A stretch of DNA of 64,000 bases, taken from positions 3,299 through 67,298 of the forward strand of contig JAFRKC010000003.1 of NCBI GenBank assembly GCA_017431955.1, in the 5' to 3' direction. The number at the start of each line of letters is the position of its first letter. Position 1 is the stretch's first letter. Shown here piece by piece: positions 62,998 through 64,000 of the stretch. A program made the position numbers and the translations under genes. Origin of the DNA: Candidatus Saccharimonadota bacterium (GTDB lineage: Bacteria; Patescibacteriota; Saccharimonadia; Saccharimonadales; Saccharimonadaceae). Below the pieces are notes generated by a model. It made no database searches and was not told the origin of the DNA. It was given only the letters and a program-made list of their open reading frames with translations.

Positions 62998-63729
62998 CTA
63001 TTTTTTGGTGGGCTTGGGCTGATTTTCGGATTTCGACTTGAGATAATTGATGATTTTTTCGCGATAAATCCAAGCGAAGATGAAGATGGCTACCATAGCG
63101 ACGCTAGCGACAACCACTGGCACGAGATTTTCCCTACCAAAACCGGCGCCGACATAGTTAGTGGCGACAATAGACGGCAGGCGACCGATCAAAATTAAAA
63201 CCATGAGTTTTTTGAGTGGAATGGAAGTAAGGCCGGCAAGGTAACAGACCATGTCGTCTGGCAGGCCCGGCAAAAGGAAAATCATAAAGAGCGCAAAAGA
63301 GGCATGCTTACTGGTGGTGAGAAAATCAAATCTTTTTAAAGCATCCTTTTTGAAGAATTTTTCGAGTAGTGGGCGGCCGAAACGACGAGCCAAAAATAGC
63401 ACGATGATGTAGCCGATGGCGCTACCAATAAAAGTCCACAAGATTCCCCACCAGCCAAAAATGTAACCGCCGACCGTACCGGTGACTTGGCCAGGAATTG
63501 GCGCAAAGACGGTTTGGAGAGTTTGGATAAGAATAAAGACGAGCGGGCCAAAAACGCCAAGTGAGTTGACGGTATCAATGATTTCTTCGCGGTTGCTAAG
63601 GAAGGAAGTGATTGGGCCATTTAAGGCGATGTCCAAAACAATATACAAAAAGAGCAACGCAACCAAAGTTATAACAATTACTGCTTTAACTTTGGTTTTG
63701 GTTGCTACTTTTTGCTTGAATAGTTTCAT
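62998..63729 (-). CDS. TVP38/TMEM64 (DedA/VTT) family membrane protein
   Basis: LGVFGPLVFILIQTLQTVFAPIPGQ, FGRPLL, FLLPGLPDDMVCYLAGLT, GRLPSI. Confidence 0.9.
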   Translation of the reverse strand: MKLFKQKVATKTKVKAVIVITLVALLFLYIVLDIALNGPITSFLSNREEIIDTVNSLGVFGPLVFILIQTLQTVFAPIPGQVTGTVGGYIFGWWGILWTFIGSAIGYIIVLFLARRFGRPLLEKFFKKDALKRFDFLTTSKHASFALFMIFLLPGLPDDMVCYLAGLTSIPLKKLMVLILIGRLPSIVATNYVGAGFGRENLVPVVVASVAMVAIFIFAWIYREKIINYLKSKSENQPKPTKK

Positions 63730-64000
63730 TATTTAGCGTATTCAACTGCTCTAGTTTCGCGAATGACATTAACCTTGATGACACCAGGATAGCTCATGGT
63801 GGCTTCGATCTTGTTAGCAATATCACGGGCAAGTTTCAAGGCGGTGAGATCGTCGACTTGTTTTGGTTCGACGATAACGCGAATTTCACGGCCGGCGGAA
63901 ATAGCGTAGGCTTTGTCGATGCCTTGGAATGAGGTGGCGATATTTTCGAGATCTTTCATGCGTTCAGCAAAGTTCTCGGCGGAAATGTTGCGGGCACCTG
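63729..64000 (-). CDS. rny: Ribonuclease Y, C-terminal part (5' end outside the window)
   Basis: PGARNISAENFAERMKDLENIATSFQGIDKAYAISAGREIRVIV...YPGVIKVNVIRETRAVEYAK. Confidence 0.95.
   Translation of the reverse strand, partial: GARNISAENFAERMKDLENIATSFQGIDKAYAISAGREIRVIVEPKQVDDLTALKLARDIANKIEATMSYPGVIKVNVIRETRAVEYAK

Noticed and set aside
1-64000. Recoded TGA (genetic code 25) or prophage/IS content
   Set aside because: Conserved genes translate fully in code 11 and several end at TGA; no phage structural, integrase or transposase ORF was recognised.

Overview
64-kb chromosomal segment of a small-genome bacterium, most consistent with Ca. Saccharibacteria (Patescibacteria/CPR). This is an inference from a CPR-type VirB6/TrbL-like membrane protein, a GspE/PilB ATPase, short HrcA/TilS/DnaJ forms, many xPxTG-tailed surface proteins and pervasive leaderless promoters; TGA is used as a stop. 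Housekeeping genes (tpiA, tyrS, split xfp, class A PBP, grpE-hrcA, rimK, dnaJ, adk, lepA, tilS, recX, recA, murI, murJ, ftsH, rny) and six tRNAs (His, Gly, Glu, Arg, 2x Pro) alternate with large secreted or surface proteins and orphan genes. I saw no CRISPR array, prophage, integrase, transposase or reverse transcriptase. Most notable: (1) a ~39-bp palindromic repeat family with self-complementary arms that differ between copies, found between genes and inserted in frame into tyrS and recX in opposite orientations; (2) lepA/EF-4 split into separate GTPase and domain II-CTD genes, each with its own promoter, around an 857-aa adhesin gene; (3) three tRNAs with duplicated termini 76-81 bp away enclosing hairpin inserts; (4) a G12 tract in the -35/-10 spacer of an LRR surface-protein promoter; (5) a sorting-signal-like motif at the N-terminus of two DUF285 proteins; (6) a 25-bp inverted repeat bracketing a two-gene cassette; (7) a perfect 24-bp palindrome forming a bidirectional leaderless promoter; (8) an unannotated 27-aa gene.
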